A stretch of DNA of 64,000 nucleotides from a virus (Duplodnaviria; Caudoviricetes). Shown here piece by piece: positions 9,081-18,876 of the stretch; positions within the stretch are counted from its first letter, which is position 1, and each line of letters starts with the position of its first letter. A program made the position numbers and the translations under genes. The notes beneath the pieces were generated by a model that saw nothing but the letters and a program-made list of their open reading frames with translations, ran no database searches and was not told the DNA's origin. The stretch is from IMG/VR virus record IMGVR_UViG_3300028048_000081, positions 1 through 64,000 of that record; one strand, written 5' to 3'.

Positions 9081-9875
9081 ATGGATATTTTTGGAGCACA
9101 ATCACATATGAAAAAACTTTTAGCATATGTTGAGAAGATTTCCAAATCTGACGCTCATGTTTATGCAAAGTCTAGAACACGATTGAAGGATTTATATGAT
9201 ACATGTAATCATATAGAAGATCTTATTTCAAGTATGTTAGAAGACGATATGTTTGAACAATCTGAAAATGAGTTTGCAGGATTAGATGTAATTGAAAATA
9301 ATAGTTATTCGGAATTGGATAACAAAGATAAGAAATTAGCATTTAAACTCTACTGTGAGATATTAGAGCAAACATCATTATCTGATCTGAATATAGATAA
9401 AGCACTTGATTGTTCCAAATTGATATGGTATTGGTTCAATCATAGATTTATTCTTTCTAAAGATACATGCCCAGGATTCTTATATAACATGAATAACTTC
9501 CCTGCTTGGATACAGTCTATAGTTTTATGCTATGGAAAGAGTATAGAAGAGTTAAAAGACGTTGAATTTACAAATGATGTAAGATGTTGGTGTGACGATC
9601 TTGTTACAAAAGGAAACAACAATTATCCGCTTCCTGTAAATGTAAATATAATGCTTCAATCAAATTGTAGTAATCTTACATCTGTTGTTCTTTGGGACAT
9701 ACTTATGAATAATGGATATGATTCATTATGCAATAAGCATCCGAAGGAGGTTTATCTTTCGGAAGATTCTATATACAATTATTGTGGTAAACAAGATCCT
9801 TCAGTATTAGATGATTATGTTCAATATGATCATGATCCGTCAATCCTCGATAGATGCAATTTAGGAAGGAGGTAG
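9081..9875 (+). CDS. hypothetical protein (first gene of replication operon)
   Basis: 264 aa ORF with RBS. Confidence 0.75.
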   Translation: MDIFGAQSHMKKLLAYVEKISKSDAHVYAKSRTRLKDLYDTCNHIEDLISSMLEDDMFEQSENEFAGLDVIENNSYSELDNKDKKLAFKLYCEILEQTSLSDLNIDKALDCSKLIWYWFNHRFILSKDTCPGFLYNMNNFPAWIQSIVLCYGKSIEELKDVEFTNDVRCWCDDLVTKGNNNYPLPVNVNIMLQSNCSNLTSVVLWDILMNNGYDSLCNKHPKEVYLSEDSIYNYCGKQDPSVLDDYVQYDHDPSILDRCNLGRR

Positions 9876-9879
9876 GAAT

Positions 9880-10986
9880 ATGAAATTCACAGAAATTCCA
9901 GATTTGTTACAATATCCTTCAGTATTGCGTTCCAAGATGTCGACAGCACATTCCAGTATAGTTAGTTGGGTTGTTTCAAATTATACCGGTACATACAAAG
10001 AAAGAAGAGATATCATTTCACTTATGAATAGTGTATCATATCTTTATATGTCTGGAGATTCATTTCCTCGGGATTGGAATATAGAAGACCCTTTGGTCAA
10101 TCCTCCACATGTAGATGATGATACCTGCAGGAAATATTTGAATGGGGTATATATTGTTGAAAAACATGTAGATTGGGATGTTGATATACACGAAGAATCT
10201 GAAATCCATCATGAAAGTAAGAAGAAGGTAGAAATAACCGGATCTGAAAATGTACACAAAATAGAAACGCCTAAAGAAGATCTATATATACAATCACCCA
10301 AGATTCCTCAATTCGATAAAAAGGATAAGTGGTTATCAGGTAATGTAGAAGGAGATGAATTTGTTATATATTCGTCTCTTCCTAAAATACCTACAAAACA
10401 AAATGAAATATCTGTAACTACAGATGTAAATATAATGATGAGTTCTGATTTGCTCAAGTTATACCCAAATGTTCCTATACATACTAGAGCAAATTGTATG
10501 TACGAAGACCTAGAAAAGGTGAAGAACCATCCGGTTCTAGGATTATTGCTGCCTATAGAAGGATTTACAGAAAAACAGATACAGAAAAATATAATTGAGT
10601 ATCCCCATCTTTATAGATTGTCGAAGATAGTTGATGGAGAAATAACTAATTTTTATTCTTCTATTGAAATAGATGGAAAATTATACTCTGTTGGAGATGT
10701 TTGGAAAGATATTCCTGAATGTAAGAAAATCCCATATACTCCGGATTTTGTAAAAGAATATGTTACCAGAAGATACTTATTAGAAAGGGATATAAAGAAT
10801 ATACACCATAATTATCCGATGTACGGAGATTTAGATCCATTTCTAACATTGTTCCTTACAAAAGAAGAATATATCAAGTTAGGATACAATGATTTGGAAG
10901 ATCTTGCAAGAAAGTGTGTTGTTTCTAGAATTCGTTATAAACAATCCAGAAATCCTATCATAAGGAGGTTAAAAGACAATGCGTAA
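9880..10986 (+). CDS. hypothetical protein, possible replication initiator by position
   Basis: 368 aa ORF directly before loader and helicase. Confidence 0.7.
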   Translation: MKFTEIPDLLQYPSVLRSKMSTAHSSIVSWVVSNYTGTYKERRDIISLMNSVSYLYMSGDSFPRDWNIEDPLVNPPHVDDDTCRKYLNGVYIVEKHVDWDVDIHEESEIHHESKKKVEITGSENVHKIETPKEDLYIQSPKIPQFDKKDKWLSGNVEGDEFVIYSSLPKIPTKQNEISVTTDVNIMMSSDLLKLYPNVPIHTRANCMYEDLEKVKNHPVLGLLLPIEGFTEKQIQKNIIEYPHLYRLSKIVDGEITNFYSSIEIDGKLYSVGDVWKDIPECKKIPYTPDFVKEYVTRRYLLERDIKNIHHNYPMYGDLDPFLTLFLTKEEYIKLGYNDLEDLARKCVVSRIRYKQSRNPIIRRLKDNA

Positions 10987-11590
10987 TTGTATATTCACTG
11001 CTCATTGTATGGAACCTTTTTGTGATAAGTCTTGTCCAATATTTGCGGAGATTTCTTATCTATTAGAAAGGAACAGATTAATAGATTCTGATTCTGTTTA
11101 TGACGTTCCATCTTCGGATATAAAAGAAATTTCAAATATGTTAAACATGTGTGAAGAAGGAGTATGTACATTCATAGTTCCACAAGGTAAAACATCTAAT
11201 TATTATTCTGATCTTATAACATATTGTGCAATATGCAAGTACTGGAAGGGTAGCCAGTTACATTTGAATGTTTACAATCTTAGATATTCTACTTATTTAG
11301 ATAGTGTTAAAAAAAGTTGGTCTAAAAAATCAGAATCTGAGGATCTGGAGTATTTAGAGATTTGGATGAAATCTACTAAAGTACTTATTGTTTCTAATTT
11401 TGATTATGTTAATTTTGGGGATTTTGAATCTCAGCAGTTGTTATCATTGATACAAGAAAGGCAATCAGAGGGGTTACTTACTATATTTGTATCTCCTAAT
11501 CTTAATTCATTAGTTAGTACAAAATCAAGCGCATTTTTCCGCAGTTTGAAACGTATATTCAAAGAATCTGTAATGGAGGTGAATAAATGA
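10979..11590 (+). CDS. DnaC/IstB-like helicase loader, degenerate ATPase
   Basis: Cys-rich N-terminus, PQGKT remnant, VLIVSNFD in Walker B position, LIQERQSEGLLTIFVS; precedes dnaB. Confidence 0.55.
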   Translation: MRNCIFTAHCMEPFCDKSCPIFAEISYLLERNRLIDSDSVYDVPSSDIKEISNMLNMCEEGVCTFIVPQGKTSNYYSDLITYCAICKYWKGSQLHLNVYNLRYSTYLDSVKKSWSKKSESEDLEYLEIWMKSTKVLIVSNFDYVNFGDFESQQLLSLIQERQSEGLLTIFVSPNLNSLVSTKSSAFFRSLKRIFKESVMEVNK

Positions 11591-12930
11591 TCACCTCTGT
11601 AGAATTACAGGTAATATCCAAGATTTTAACATCTGAAGATCCAAAAGAAGTTGAAAAACTTTGCGGGTACGATAGGTCATACTATTCTGTTTTTCAACCA
11701 CAGATAGAATTCATATTAGACCACAGACAGAAGTATAAAGATGTTCCTGATGTATTTACATTTCAGTCTGAGTTTCCAGATGTGAATCTTGTTTCTGTTT
11801 CTGAATCAATAGAATATCTTCAGGAGCAGATGAAGAAAAATAAACAGCATATAATACTGCTGGAAACATTCAATAAGATAAAAGATTTAGGATCCGGGGA
11901 TGTAACTGAGGCATGGAAATATTTAACAGATCAATGTAATAGAATAGCAAACTTAGATACCAGTTTACCGCTTGATCTTGTAAAAGATTCAAAGAAACGT
12001 AGTGAACAGATAGTTGAATTTAGTAAACAAGCAAGAATACCTACTGGATTCAAAGAAATTGATAAATTGATGTACGGTGGGCTTTCAACAGTAGAGGAAC
12101 TTCTGTTAATAGTTGCTCGTACAAATAGTGGTAAATCTTGGATGTGTGTAAAAATGATGGAATCTGCACAACAGAATGGGTTCCCGTGTTTGTATTATTC
12201 TCCAGAGATGCAAGGATCTTTCTTAGGAACAAGATTTGATACTTGGAGAGGGCATTTTCAGAACAATCTTCTTCAGCAAGGTAAGTATTCGCAGGATTAT
12301 TTAGATTATATAGATAAATTAAGTAGTCAAGATACAAGCGCGTATGTTATAGAAGATAAGGATGCAGAAGAAGGAGAAATAAATGTACAAGTATTGAAAA
12401 ATATTGTAAAACAGCATGGAATAAAATTATTGATAATTGATGGTCTATCATATATGTCAGATATGAAGAAGTCGGACACAGATTACACAAAATATAAGAA
12501 TCTTTGCCTAGATCTATTTAAATTAAGTAAGCAATTTGGTTGTGCTGTTGTTATTGCAATGCAAGCAAATAGAGAAACAAAAGAAAATAAAGATGATAAG
12601 GGGGAAGTATTTCCAAACTTATACAATGTAGAGGGTAGTGATCATCCTGCTAGAATTGCAACACAAGCATTTGCATTAAGACAAGTTTTTGATAAACATG
12701 TTTTAGATATAAGATTAGAAAAATCTAGAAATGCAAATAATCAGAAACCTACATTGAGTTATGCGTGGGATGTGAATACAGGAAATATGCAGTATATACC
12801 AGGAGAAGATGATGTTGATACTCAGCCAACGGATGTTCCACAAGTTGCAGCAAAGATTGAGACACATTCAGCTCCTACGGACATACCATTAGATGATGAT
12901 GATTTTGGAGAATCAGATGTAGAATTTTAA
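11587..12930 (+). CDS. dnaB: replicative DNA helicase
   Basis: IPTGFKEID, ARTNSGKS, YSPEM, IIDGL, QANR. Confidence 0.9.
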   Translation: MITSVELQVISKILTSEDPKEVEKLCGYDRSYYSVFQPQIEFILDHRQKYKDVPDVFTFQSEFPDVNLVSVSESIEYLQEQMKKNKQHIILLETFNKIKDLGSGDVTEAWKYLTDQCNRIANLDTSLPLDLVKDSKKRSEQIVEFSKQARIPTGFKEIDKLMYGGLSTVEELLLIVARTNSGKSWMCVKMMESAQQNGFPCLYYSPEMQGSFLGTRFDTWRGHFQNNLLQQGKYSQDYLDYIDKLSSQDTSAYVIEDKDAEEGEINVQVLKNIVKQHGIKLLIIDGLSYMSDMKKSDTDYTKYKNLCLDLFKLSKQFGCAVVIAMQANRETKENKDDKGEVFPNLYNVEGSDHPARIATQAFALRQVFDKHVLDIRLEKSRNANNQKPTLSYAWDVNTGNMQYIPGEDDVDTQPTDVPQVAAKIETHSAPTDIPLDDDDFGESDVEF

Positions 12931-12951
12931 TTTATTGAGGGGGAGAGAAAG

Positions 12952-13413
12952 TTGGTTCCGGTTATAGTAATTATATTTTTAGGCCTGTTAATCGTTATGG
13001 TATTAGCAGCATTTCACGTATCCGAAGAATCTTCAAGGCATGATACTGTAAAAGAGCAAGATTCTAAAAATAAACATGTTTATGTGCCTACTTTAAACAA
13101 AGATGTTTCTTCTAGTGTGTTAGATAAATACGGGTTTCGGGAAATAGAAGGAAAATGGTATTATACTAAATATGTTTCTCACGATGATCTGATATCGTTT
13201 AATATCATGATTGATTTATCTAAAAAATGTATTGATATGAATGTTTTAGACGAACTTACATTTGAAGATTTTCCATATTTAGATAAGTTAGAGTCCGCCC
13301 CTGCTGGAGCACAGTATGAAATTCAACATATATCCTATAATGTTATGGATGAATTAGTTCATTTAGAAAGAGAAGGAATAATAACAGGATATCATGTAGG
13401 GGATAGTATTTAA
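12952..13413 (+). CDS. membrane-anchored hypothetical protein
   Basis: N-terminal hydrophobic helix; TTG start after GAGGGG. Confidence 0.65.
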   Translation: MVPVIVIIFLGLLIVMVLAAFHVSEESSRHDTVKEQDSKNKHVYVPTLNKDVSSSVLDKYGFREIEGKWYYTKYVSHDDLISFNIMIDLSKKCIDMNVLDELTFEDFPYLDKLESAPAGAQYEIQHISYNVMDELVHLEREGIITGYHVGDSI

Positions 13414-14405
13414 TGGATGTAGAATTGATATTAGAAAAATTGAGTCAATTAGGACTTTTACGACTTAGTAGGAAATCTGGAGATTATTATCAAGTATACT
13501 GCCCTATTCATAATGACGGAAATGAGAAGAAACCTTCTTGTGGAATATTGTTGCATGAGCAGATTAAAAATGGAGTAACATATCCTCAAGGCTTCTGTCA
13601 TTGTTTTGCTTGTTCATATAGCAACAGTTTAGAAGGCATGATAACAGATATACTGAAAGCAAAGAATATATCTGTAACTGGAAGAGATTGGCTGGTTAAG
13701 AATGTTCCTGGGTTTGAACCTGATCAAGATTTTGAGCATCTGATCTCTTCTGATATGTATTCTCAACTTGAATCCAAGTATGCAACAAATTATATACTAT
13801 CAAAATCAGAAAATAACGAAAATTATGTAGAAGAGTCAGAACTTAAAAATTACAGATACACAGTTCCGTATTTGTATGAACGAAAACTTACAGATAACAT
13901 AATAGAAAAATATGATGTTGGTGTAGATATGAATTGGGTACCTCCAGGGAGATCAAAAAAGGTACCAGCAGTTACATTTCCAGTAAGAGATTCAAACGGA
14001 AGGACGCTTTTCTTGTGTAGAAGATCAATTTCCGGAAAGTTATATAATTATCCCTCAGGTGTAACAAAGCCAGTGTATGGTATATATGAACTGCCAAAAA
14101 ATTGTAAGTCCGTGATAGTATGTGAGAGCTGTTTCAATGCTCTTACAGCAGAAGTTTATGGATATGATGCAGTTGCACTTCTAGGAACAGGTAATTCGTA
14201 TCAAATAGATCAACTTAAGCAATTAGGAGTTTCTGATTTTGTTTTGTGCATGGACGGAGATGACGCAGGTCAACGTGCAACTTTGAAATTGAAACGAGCG
14301 TTATCAAGTTGTGCAATGATTTGGACAATACATATGCCAAAAGGAAAAGACCTGAATGATTGTTCAAAATCAGAATTTGATGATTTATACAGTAGAAGAG
14401 ATTAA
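13413..14405 (+). CDS. dnaG: DNA primase (CHC2 zinc finger + TOPRIM)
   Basis: CPIH...HCFAC; VCES; MDGDDAG; KDLND. Confidence 0.9.
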   Translation: MDVELILEKLSQLGLLRLSRKSGDYYQVYCPIHNDGNEKKPSCGILLHEQIKNGVTYPQGFCHCFACSYSNSLEGMITDILKAKNISVTGRDWLVKNVPGFEPDQDFEHLISSDMYSQLESKYATNYILSKSENNENYVEESELKNYRYTVPYLYERKLTDNIIEKYDVGVDMNWVPPGRSKKVPAVTFPVRDSNGRTLFLCRRSISGKLYNYPSGVTKPVYGIYELPKNCKSVIVCESCFNALTAEVYGYDAVALLGTGNSYQIDQLKQLGVSDFVLCMDGDDAGQRATLKLKRALSSCAMIWTIHMPKGKDLNDCSKSEFDDLYSRRD

Positions 14406-14406
14406 C

Positions 14407-14667
14407 ATGCATCGTTATATAGAATTGGAAGACATGATAAATATTCTTGCAGTAGGTTCGTACAAAGGATTAACAATTGACGAACTTATAGCAACATTAG
14501 TAGATATGGATAACAAGGGAATATTACCTTGTGTCCAATTTACACAGTGTAGCGAATGCAACAACTATGTATCTTCTACAGGATATTGTAAATTGTGGAA
14601 ATCATATGAACATCCTTCCACAATGAGTTGTAGCTGCGGAGAAGATATTTCAGAACATTTATCATAA
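14407..14667 (+). CDS. Cys-rich hypothetical protein
   Basis: CSEC...C...CSC. Confidence 0.6.
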   Translation: MHRYIELEDMINILAVGSYKGLTIDELIATLVDMDNKGILPCVQFTQCSECNNYVSSTGYCKLWKSYEHPSTMSCSCGEDISEHLS

Positions 14668-14698
14668 TTGTATCAATGTTTATCAAGGAGGAAGTATT

Positions 14699-14953
14699 AT
14701 GTTGTTACTTAAGAATGGGGATTGTCTGGATCTTATCCGTAGGGTATATGGTATTACCATATCCGATATTAGTTCTGTTACAGAGTTATCTAAAGCATCT
14801 GTATATAATTTTTCGGGAAATAGAGATGTTACTAAACCTAGTAGAATAGCAATATCATATGCTGTGCTAGATCTTATGCAAAAAAGTAATGTAACAAAAA
14901 AGTTCTATGATATTCTATTTGAAGAATGTTTTGAAGAAGACAAGAAGCAGTGA
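14699..14953 (+). CDS. small HTH-like DNA-binding protein
   Basis: ITISDISSVTELSKASVYNF. Confidence 0.55.
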   Translation: MLLLKNGDCLDLIRRVYGITISDISSVTELSKASVYNFSGNRDVTKPSRIAISYAVLDLMQKSNVTKKFYDILFEECFEEDKKQ

Positions 14954-14962
14954 GGATGTCAA

Positions 14963-15229
14963 ATGCGTTTATATGATCTTGATTCAGCAGACGATTACCT
15001 TTTAGACGGAAGGTATGCAATAAAGGGTATGAAATGGCATGATGCCAAAAAGGAGAAGCCGATACAAAACAAAGAAGTATTATTACTTCTACAAGACGGA
15101 AATGTTCATTCCGGGTTCTGGCTTAAAAACGCAAGTAAGTATGAAATGAATGTACGCAGATGGAAAGTTTATTACGGAAATCGTTGGTATGATGAAGATG
15201 AAGTAATTGGATGGAAATTGCTCCAATAA
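14963..15229 (+). CDS. DUF551-like phage protein
   Basis: WHDAKKEKP...VLL...VIGWKLL. Confidence 0.55.
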   Translation: MRLYDLDSADDYLLDGRYAIKGMKWHDAKKEKPIQNKEVLLLLQDGNVHSGFWLKNASKYEMNVRRWKVYYGNRWYDEDEVIGWKLLQ

Positions 15230-15240
15230 CTTATAGTGAT

Positions 15241-15745
15241 GACGCAGCACTTATCCTGCGTCCCAGCCGCGAGAGCGGCCACTAATACTTTCTGTACCGA
15301 TGGCGCGACGGGTTGTATCGCGCTTAATCTTCTTTGACTGCTTATGACGGAGTAGCATCATATTTACTGCAGATATGTAAAACTCCGTCCCACGTCCGGT
15401 AGGACGAATAATGTAACCTCCTTTGGTACATTAAATTTGTGAACCCCGATCACGCGGCGGGTCGTACCGCGTGCCAGCCCGAAGGGGCAGTTCTGAAACT
15501 TTCGGCTTGACGGAGAGCCTGATAATACGTACTAACACGTACTATACAAATCTCCGTCCCAGCGTCCCAAGTTGTGGACGCTTCACAGTGCACTTTACGT
15601 GCCTAACTATCAAGATCGCTGATAGAGCGGCGGACAATACTCTATCAAAGTAGGGCAGACGTGCCCGAGGGTACCCACTATATGATTGTGGGTAAGCACG
15701 TTAAGCAGGGCGGGAAAAGCGTGCTCCGTTGCGGAAAGGAGCAAG
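15241..15745. ncRNA. GC-rich array of structured RNA-like elements (four stem-CCA-stem units and more hairpins)
   Basis: units at 15241-15279, 15346-15406, 15451-15488 and 15509-15581 with different but fully paired stems. Confidence 0.55.
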
Positions 15746-15749
15746 GAAA

Positions 15750-16004
15750 ATGTTAAGAACGATTAACGAATTACTTAGTGTTATTGGAAAGAATATTGAC
15801 GATGTTCAGGAGAACGTACAGCAGAGCGTAAGAATCACAAGGCTTGAGAGAGCAGAGGCAACAGAAAAATTGGCAAAGCAGTTTATCAATGCTTGTGGTC
15901 TTGTTCAGAAAGGCGATGTTATGTCAGGCAGACACGACAGAACAGATGCGGTCATTGGAGATATTAAATGCGCTACTTCACAGCAGACGAAAACAAATGG
16001 ATAG
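15750..16004 (+). CDS. small helical protein paired with an HNH gene
   Basis: MLRTINELL...; RBS upstream. Confidence 0.6.
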   Translation: MLRTINELLSVIGKNIDDVQENVQQSVRITRLERAEATEKLAKQFINACGLVQKGDVMSGRHDRTDAVIGDIKCATSQQTKTNG

Positions 16005-16636
16005 TCGAGCATTATTGGGATGCGCCGCCGAAGATGCTGTGTGAGCGGTTCAATGAGATATTTGAGCCGAGAGACCAAAGCACGTTCAGGCATCATTGTG
16101 TCAAGTTGGGTCTAACAAGAGCCTTTACAATAGAGCATGATATGTGGCTAAAGGCAAACATAGATAACTACTCCCGAAAAGGACTTGTCCTTAAGTTTAA
16201 TGAAGTGTTTGACCAAAGGAGAACAGAAGATGTATTGAAAGTGCATTGTAATCGAGATTTGGGGTTGAGGTTCTCTGATAATCGAGAGCGTTTTCTTGAA
16301 GCAAAGCGAAAAGTAAGGCAGCCTAACGGGACATTGATACAACGTAAAAACGGTCAGTGGGTAGTCAAAACAGGTGTACATCAATACGAACCCGCAGGAC
16401 GTTATTACTATGAACAGGCACATGGAGAGATACCAACAGGCTATCAAGTAGTGCATTTAGACCACGATACGAGCAATAATGACATTGACAATTTGTATTG
16501 CACTACTGGGAAAGTAATTCGTGAAATGTCAAAGAATAGTTGGTGGTTCGACAATCAGTTGTTAACGCTAACCGCATTAAAGTATTGTGAGTTGCATTAT
16601 TTAGTAAAGGATAGTAAACATGGTACAGTATTGTAG
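15968..16636 (+). CDS. HNH endonuclease with N-terminal helical repeats
   Basis: YEQAHGEIPTGYQVVHLDHDTSNNDIDNL. Confidence 0.8.
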   Translation: MRYFTADENKWIVEHYWDAPPKMLCERFNEIFEPRDQSTFRHHCVKLGLTRAFTIEHDMWLKANIDNYSRKGLVLKFNEVFDQRRTEDVLKVHCNRDLGLRFSDNRERFLEAKRKVRQPNGTLIQRKNGQWVVKTGVHQYEPAGRYYYEQAHGEIPTGYQVVHLDHDTSNNDIDNLYCTTGKVIREMSKNSWWFDNQLLTLTALKYCELHYLVKDSKHGTVL

Positions 16637-16865
16637 ATATTGCAGTCATATGTATTGTGGTGACAGCAACTATTGTGAAGCGAACGAGTGTTGCTTTTCA
16701 GATAGCGTAATAAAGCACACGAACAAATGCAGATGCTTTGATTTTCTCCCAATAGATGCGCTTGGAGAAAACGAAAGAGGATATATGCCGAGAAAAGGGC
16801 ATTACATAAGCGAGAAACCTGATAAAGATTTATTGGACATGATAAAGGATCAAGAGCATGAGTAA
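16620..16865 (+). CDS. Cys-rich hypothetical protein
   Basis: CRYC...C...C pattern. Confidence 0.6.
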   Translation: MVQYCRYCSHMYCGDSNYCEANECCFSDSVIKHTNKCRCFDFLPIDALGENERGYMPRKGHYISEKPDKDLLDMIKDQEHE

Positions 16866-17058
16866 GTATATGGATATAGTGACAGGATCGCAGAAAGTGT
16901 TCCCGAGTGATGCTGATGTAGTCGAGGTAGTCCGTTGTAAGGACTGTAAATATTGTTCGATTGATTTTGTAGGAGATTATCAATGCGATAGCCATAGGAT
17001 GGAAGTCATAGAAGAAGACGACTTTTGCAGTTACGGAAAGAGAAAGCAAGAAGAATGA
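16858..17058 (+). CDS. small Cys-rich phage protein
   Basis: ADVVEVVRCKDCKY...DFCSYGKR. Confidence 0.7.
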   Translation: MSKYMDIVTGSQKVFPSDADVVEVVRCKDCKYCSIDFVGDYQCDSHRMEVIEEDDFCSYGKRKQEE

Positions 17059-17059
17059 G

Positions 17060-17430
17060 CGAGTACATAACGGAGAACGTACAAATGCAAGGTACGAGGG
17101 CGCAGGAACAGCGACAGCCGAGCAGGTGGGGGTAAGGCAAGTGCGCTGACCGCTTCGAATAGTCAGCATGTGTTAGGGAAGATTCTTGTTCGCCTCTTAA
17201 CAATGCGTACCATACAAGAGTTGAAGCAGGGTGAATACTCTGTGACAAGTGGGAAACGTCAAAACAATGCTCTTTACGAGCCGAACATTCTGACAGGCTT
17301 TGCAGGTGGGGGCAAGGCAATTATGATGCCAACAGTAAGTCCTGCGTAAGCGCCTTTATCAGGGTAAGCGTCATGTGTTGGCGCCGCTCGCAGGCAACTG
17401 GCATCTATGTTGGTGGGGGATGAAAGGAGC
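17060..17430. ncRNA. second GC-rich structured intergenic region with repeated GCAGGTGGGGGYAAGGCAA
   Basis: 19-mer at 17122 and 17302; nested stems GATGCCA/TGGCATC, CCTGCG/CGCAGG, GCGCC/GGCGC. Confidence 0.45.
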
Positions 17431-17442
17431 AAGAGCATAAGT

Positions 17443-17601
17443 ATGTTCAAGAGGAAAAAGAAATGGATACATATAGGAGGGATGCTGTATATGTGCCCAA
17501 ATTGTAGAAAGCGATTTAACTTCGATAAAAGAATACTTTGGAAATGTTGTCCAATATGCGAACAAAAGATGAATGGGGTGAAAGAGCAAGAGAATGAGTG
17601 A
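17443..17601 (+). CDS. zinc-ribbon small protein
   Basis: CPNC...CPIC. Confidence 0.6.
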   Translation: MFKRKKKWIHIGGMLYMCPNCRKRFNFDKRILWKCCPICEQKMNGVKEQENE

Positions 17602-17851
17602 TTACATAAAGAGAGAAGATGCAATTAAGCAGATAGTCAAGGGCGAAGAAATGTACGGCGAAGAGTTCGTAACAGATACAGGACGAGTAAAGGACTTTTT
17701 AGATACAGGACGAGTAAAGGACTTCTTGAATGTGTTGCCGAGTACCGATGTTGTAGAGTGCTCCGTCATTCTTGCAAAGGCAGACGATCAGGAGAAACAA
17801 GGGTTCATACAGACGGCAGATGTATTAAGAGATTTAGTTAAGGGGAGATAA
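17594..17851 (+). CDS. hypothetical phage protein with 27-nt tandem duplication
   Basis: MSDYIKREDAI; DTGRVKDFL twice (17674-17727). Confidence 0.7.
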   Translation: MSDYIKREDAIKQIVKGEEMYGEEFVTDTGRVKDFLDTGRVKDFLNVLPSTDVVECSVILAKADDQEKQGFIQTADVLRDLVKGR

Positions 17852-17856
17852 CAAAT

Positions 17857-18024
17857 ATGTTTGAATGTTTTCACTGTATGACGAAATCTGTTATTTGGGA
17901 TTCAGATTTTAATTTTGAAGATTATGGATTAGAAGGGGAAGGAATTGTTCATGTTTGTCACTGTACTAATTGTGGCGCAAGAATAACATATGAAATACCT
18001 CTAGATAAAAAAGATGAAGAATAA
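17857..18024 (+). CDS. 55-aa zinc-ribbon protein (not in ORF track)
   Basis: MFECFHC...CHCTNCGARITY; GGGGAG RBS. Confidence 0.7.
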   Translation: MFECFHCMTKSVIWDSDFNFEDYGLEGEGIVHVCHCTNCGARITYEIPLDKKDEE

Positions 18025-18037
18025 ATTAAATCAGGTA

Positions 18038-18066
18038 TTGACTTCTGAAAAAATATACCTTATAAT
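18038..18066 (+). promoter_or_regulatory. sigmaA-type early promoter
   Basis: TTGACT-N17-TATAAT. Confidence 0.8.
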
Positions 18067-18125
18067 ATTAATGTAAACTTATCAATAGTTAATCATATCA
18101 AGAAGTATCAAAGGGGAGTCAACAA

Positions 18126-18845
18126 ATGAATAACGAATTTAAGGAAACTAAATCATTCTTCGAACAATTTTTAGATTATCATGCTAATCAACCGCTCGAT
18201 TGGGAAGACTGGATGAAATATCCGGACGACCAAAAATCGGCGGTTTTATATTTGGCGTTTTATAAAGAAATTACTCTTGCATGGGATAAAACCAAGAGCT
18301 ATTATACTCCTACTTGCGATGGCGTAAGTATACTTTTACAGTACCTTGAAAAAAATGTTCCTATAATAAAATCAAGCAAACAGAAATTTACACCTAGATA
18401 CATATATAGGGTAGCGTATAACTGTCTATATTGTGAATGTCATGATAAATGTTTGCTTAAAAATGCTTATATGAATGAAGTTTCTGCAGATCAGATAAGT
18501 AATGATCCAGATTTATCCGAATTTAGTTATTACGATATATTGAGCGATAGTAGTCAAACAGTAGAAAGTATATTATTTGATAAATTATCTGATGAGCATA
18601 AATTTGACATTTGGAAAGTGTTAGATAATGTTGATATTGAAACAGAGATAATAATTGAAAAGATGTTGGGAACAGAATCTGATGTTATATGGAGCGAAAT
18701 AAAATCTAGACCTGATTATAGAGATTATGAAAGTAAGTATGAAAAGGACCATCCGGGCCAACCTGTTAAACTAGTTTCGTTGAGTAAATCCAGAATAAAT
18801 CAAGCAATAACAGTTGTTCAAGGACAACTACATCAATATATGTAA
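18126..18845 (+). CDS. divergent ECF-sigma-like factor
   Basis: LYLAFYKEI...DGVSILLQYL...RYIYRVAYNCL resembles sigma region 2; C-terminal LSKSRINQ helix. Confidence 0.5.
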   Translation: MNNEFKETKSFFEQFLDYHANQPLDWEDWMKYPDDQKSAVLYLAFYKEITLAWDKTKSYYTPTCDGVSILLQYLEKNVPIIKSSKQKFTPRYIYRVAYNCLYCECHDKCLLKNAYMNEVSADQISNDPDLSEFSYYDILSDSSQTVESILFDKLSDEHKFDIWKVLDNVDIETEIIIEKMLGTESDVIWSEIKSRPDYRDYESKYEKDHPGQPVKLVSLSKSRINQAITVVQGQLHQYM

Positions 18846-18876
18846 TATCGTTAATATAATATAGATTGGAGAAGAT

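Noticed and set aside
15241-15600. CRISPR array, tRNA cluster or hammerhead ribozyme
   Set aside because: Units are not identical direct repeats, lack T/D loops, and CTGATAA has no matching GAAA core
15471-15653. 60-aa GTG-start ORF
   Set aside because: No RBS; overlaps the structured array
16597-17624. Minus-strand ORFs in the GC-rich island
   Set aside because: Overlap better-supported plus-strand genes; expected by chance at higher GC
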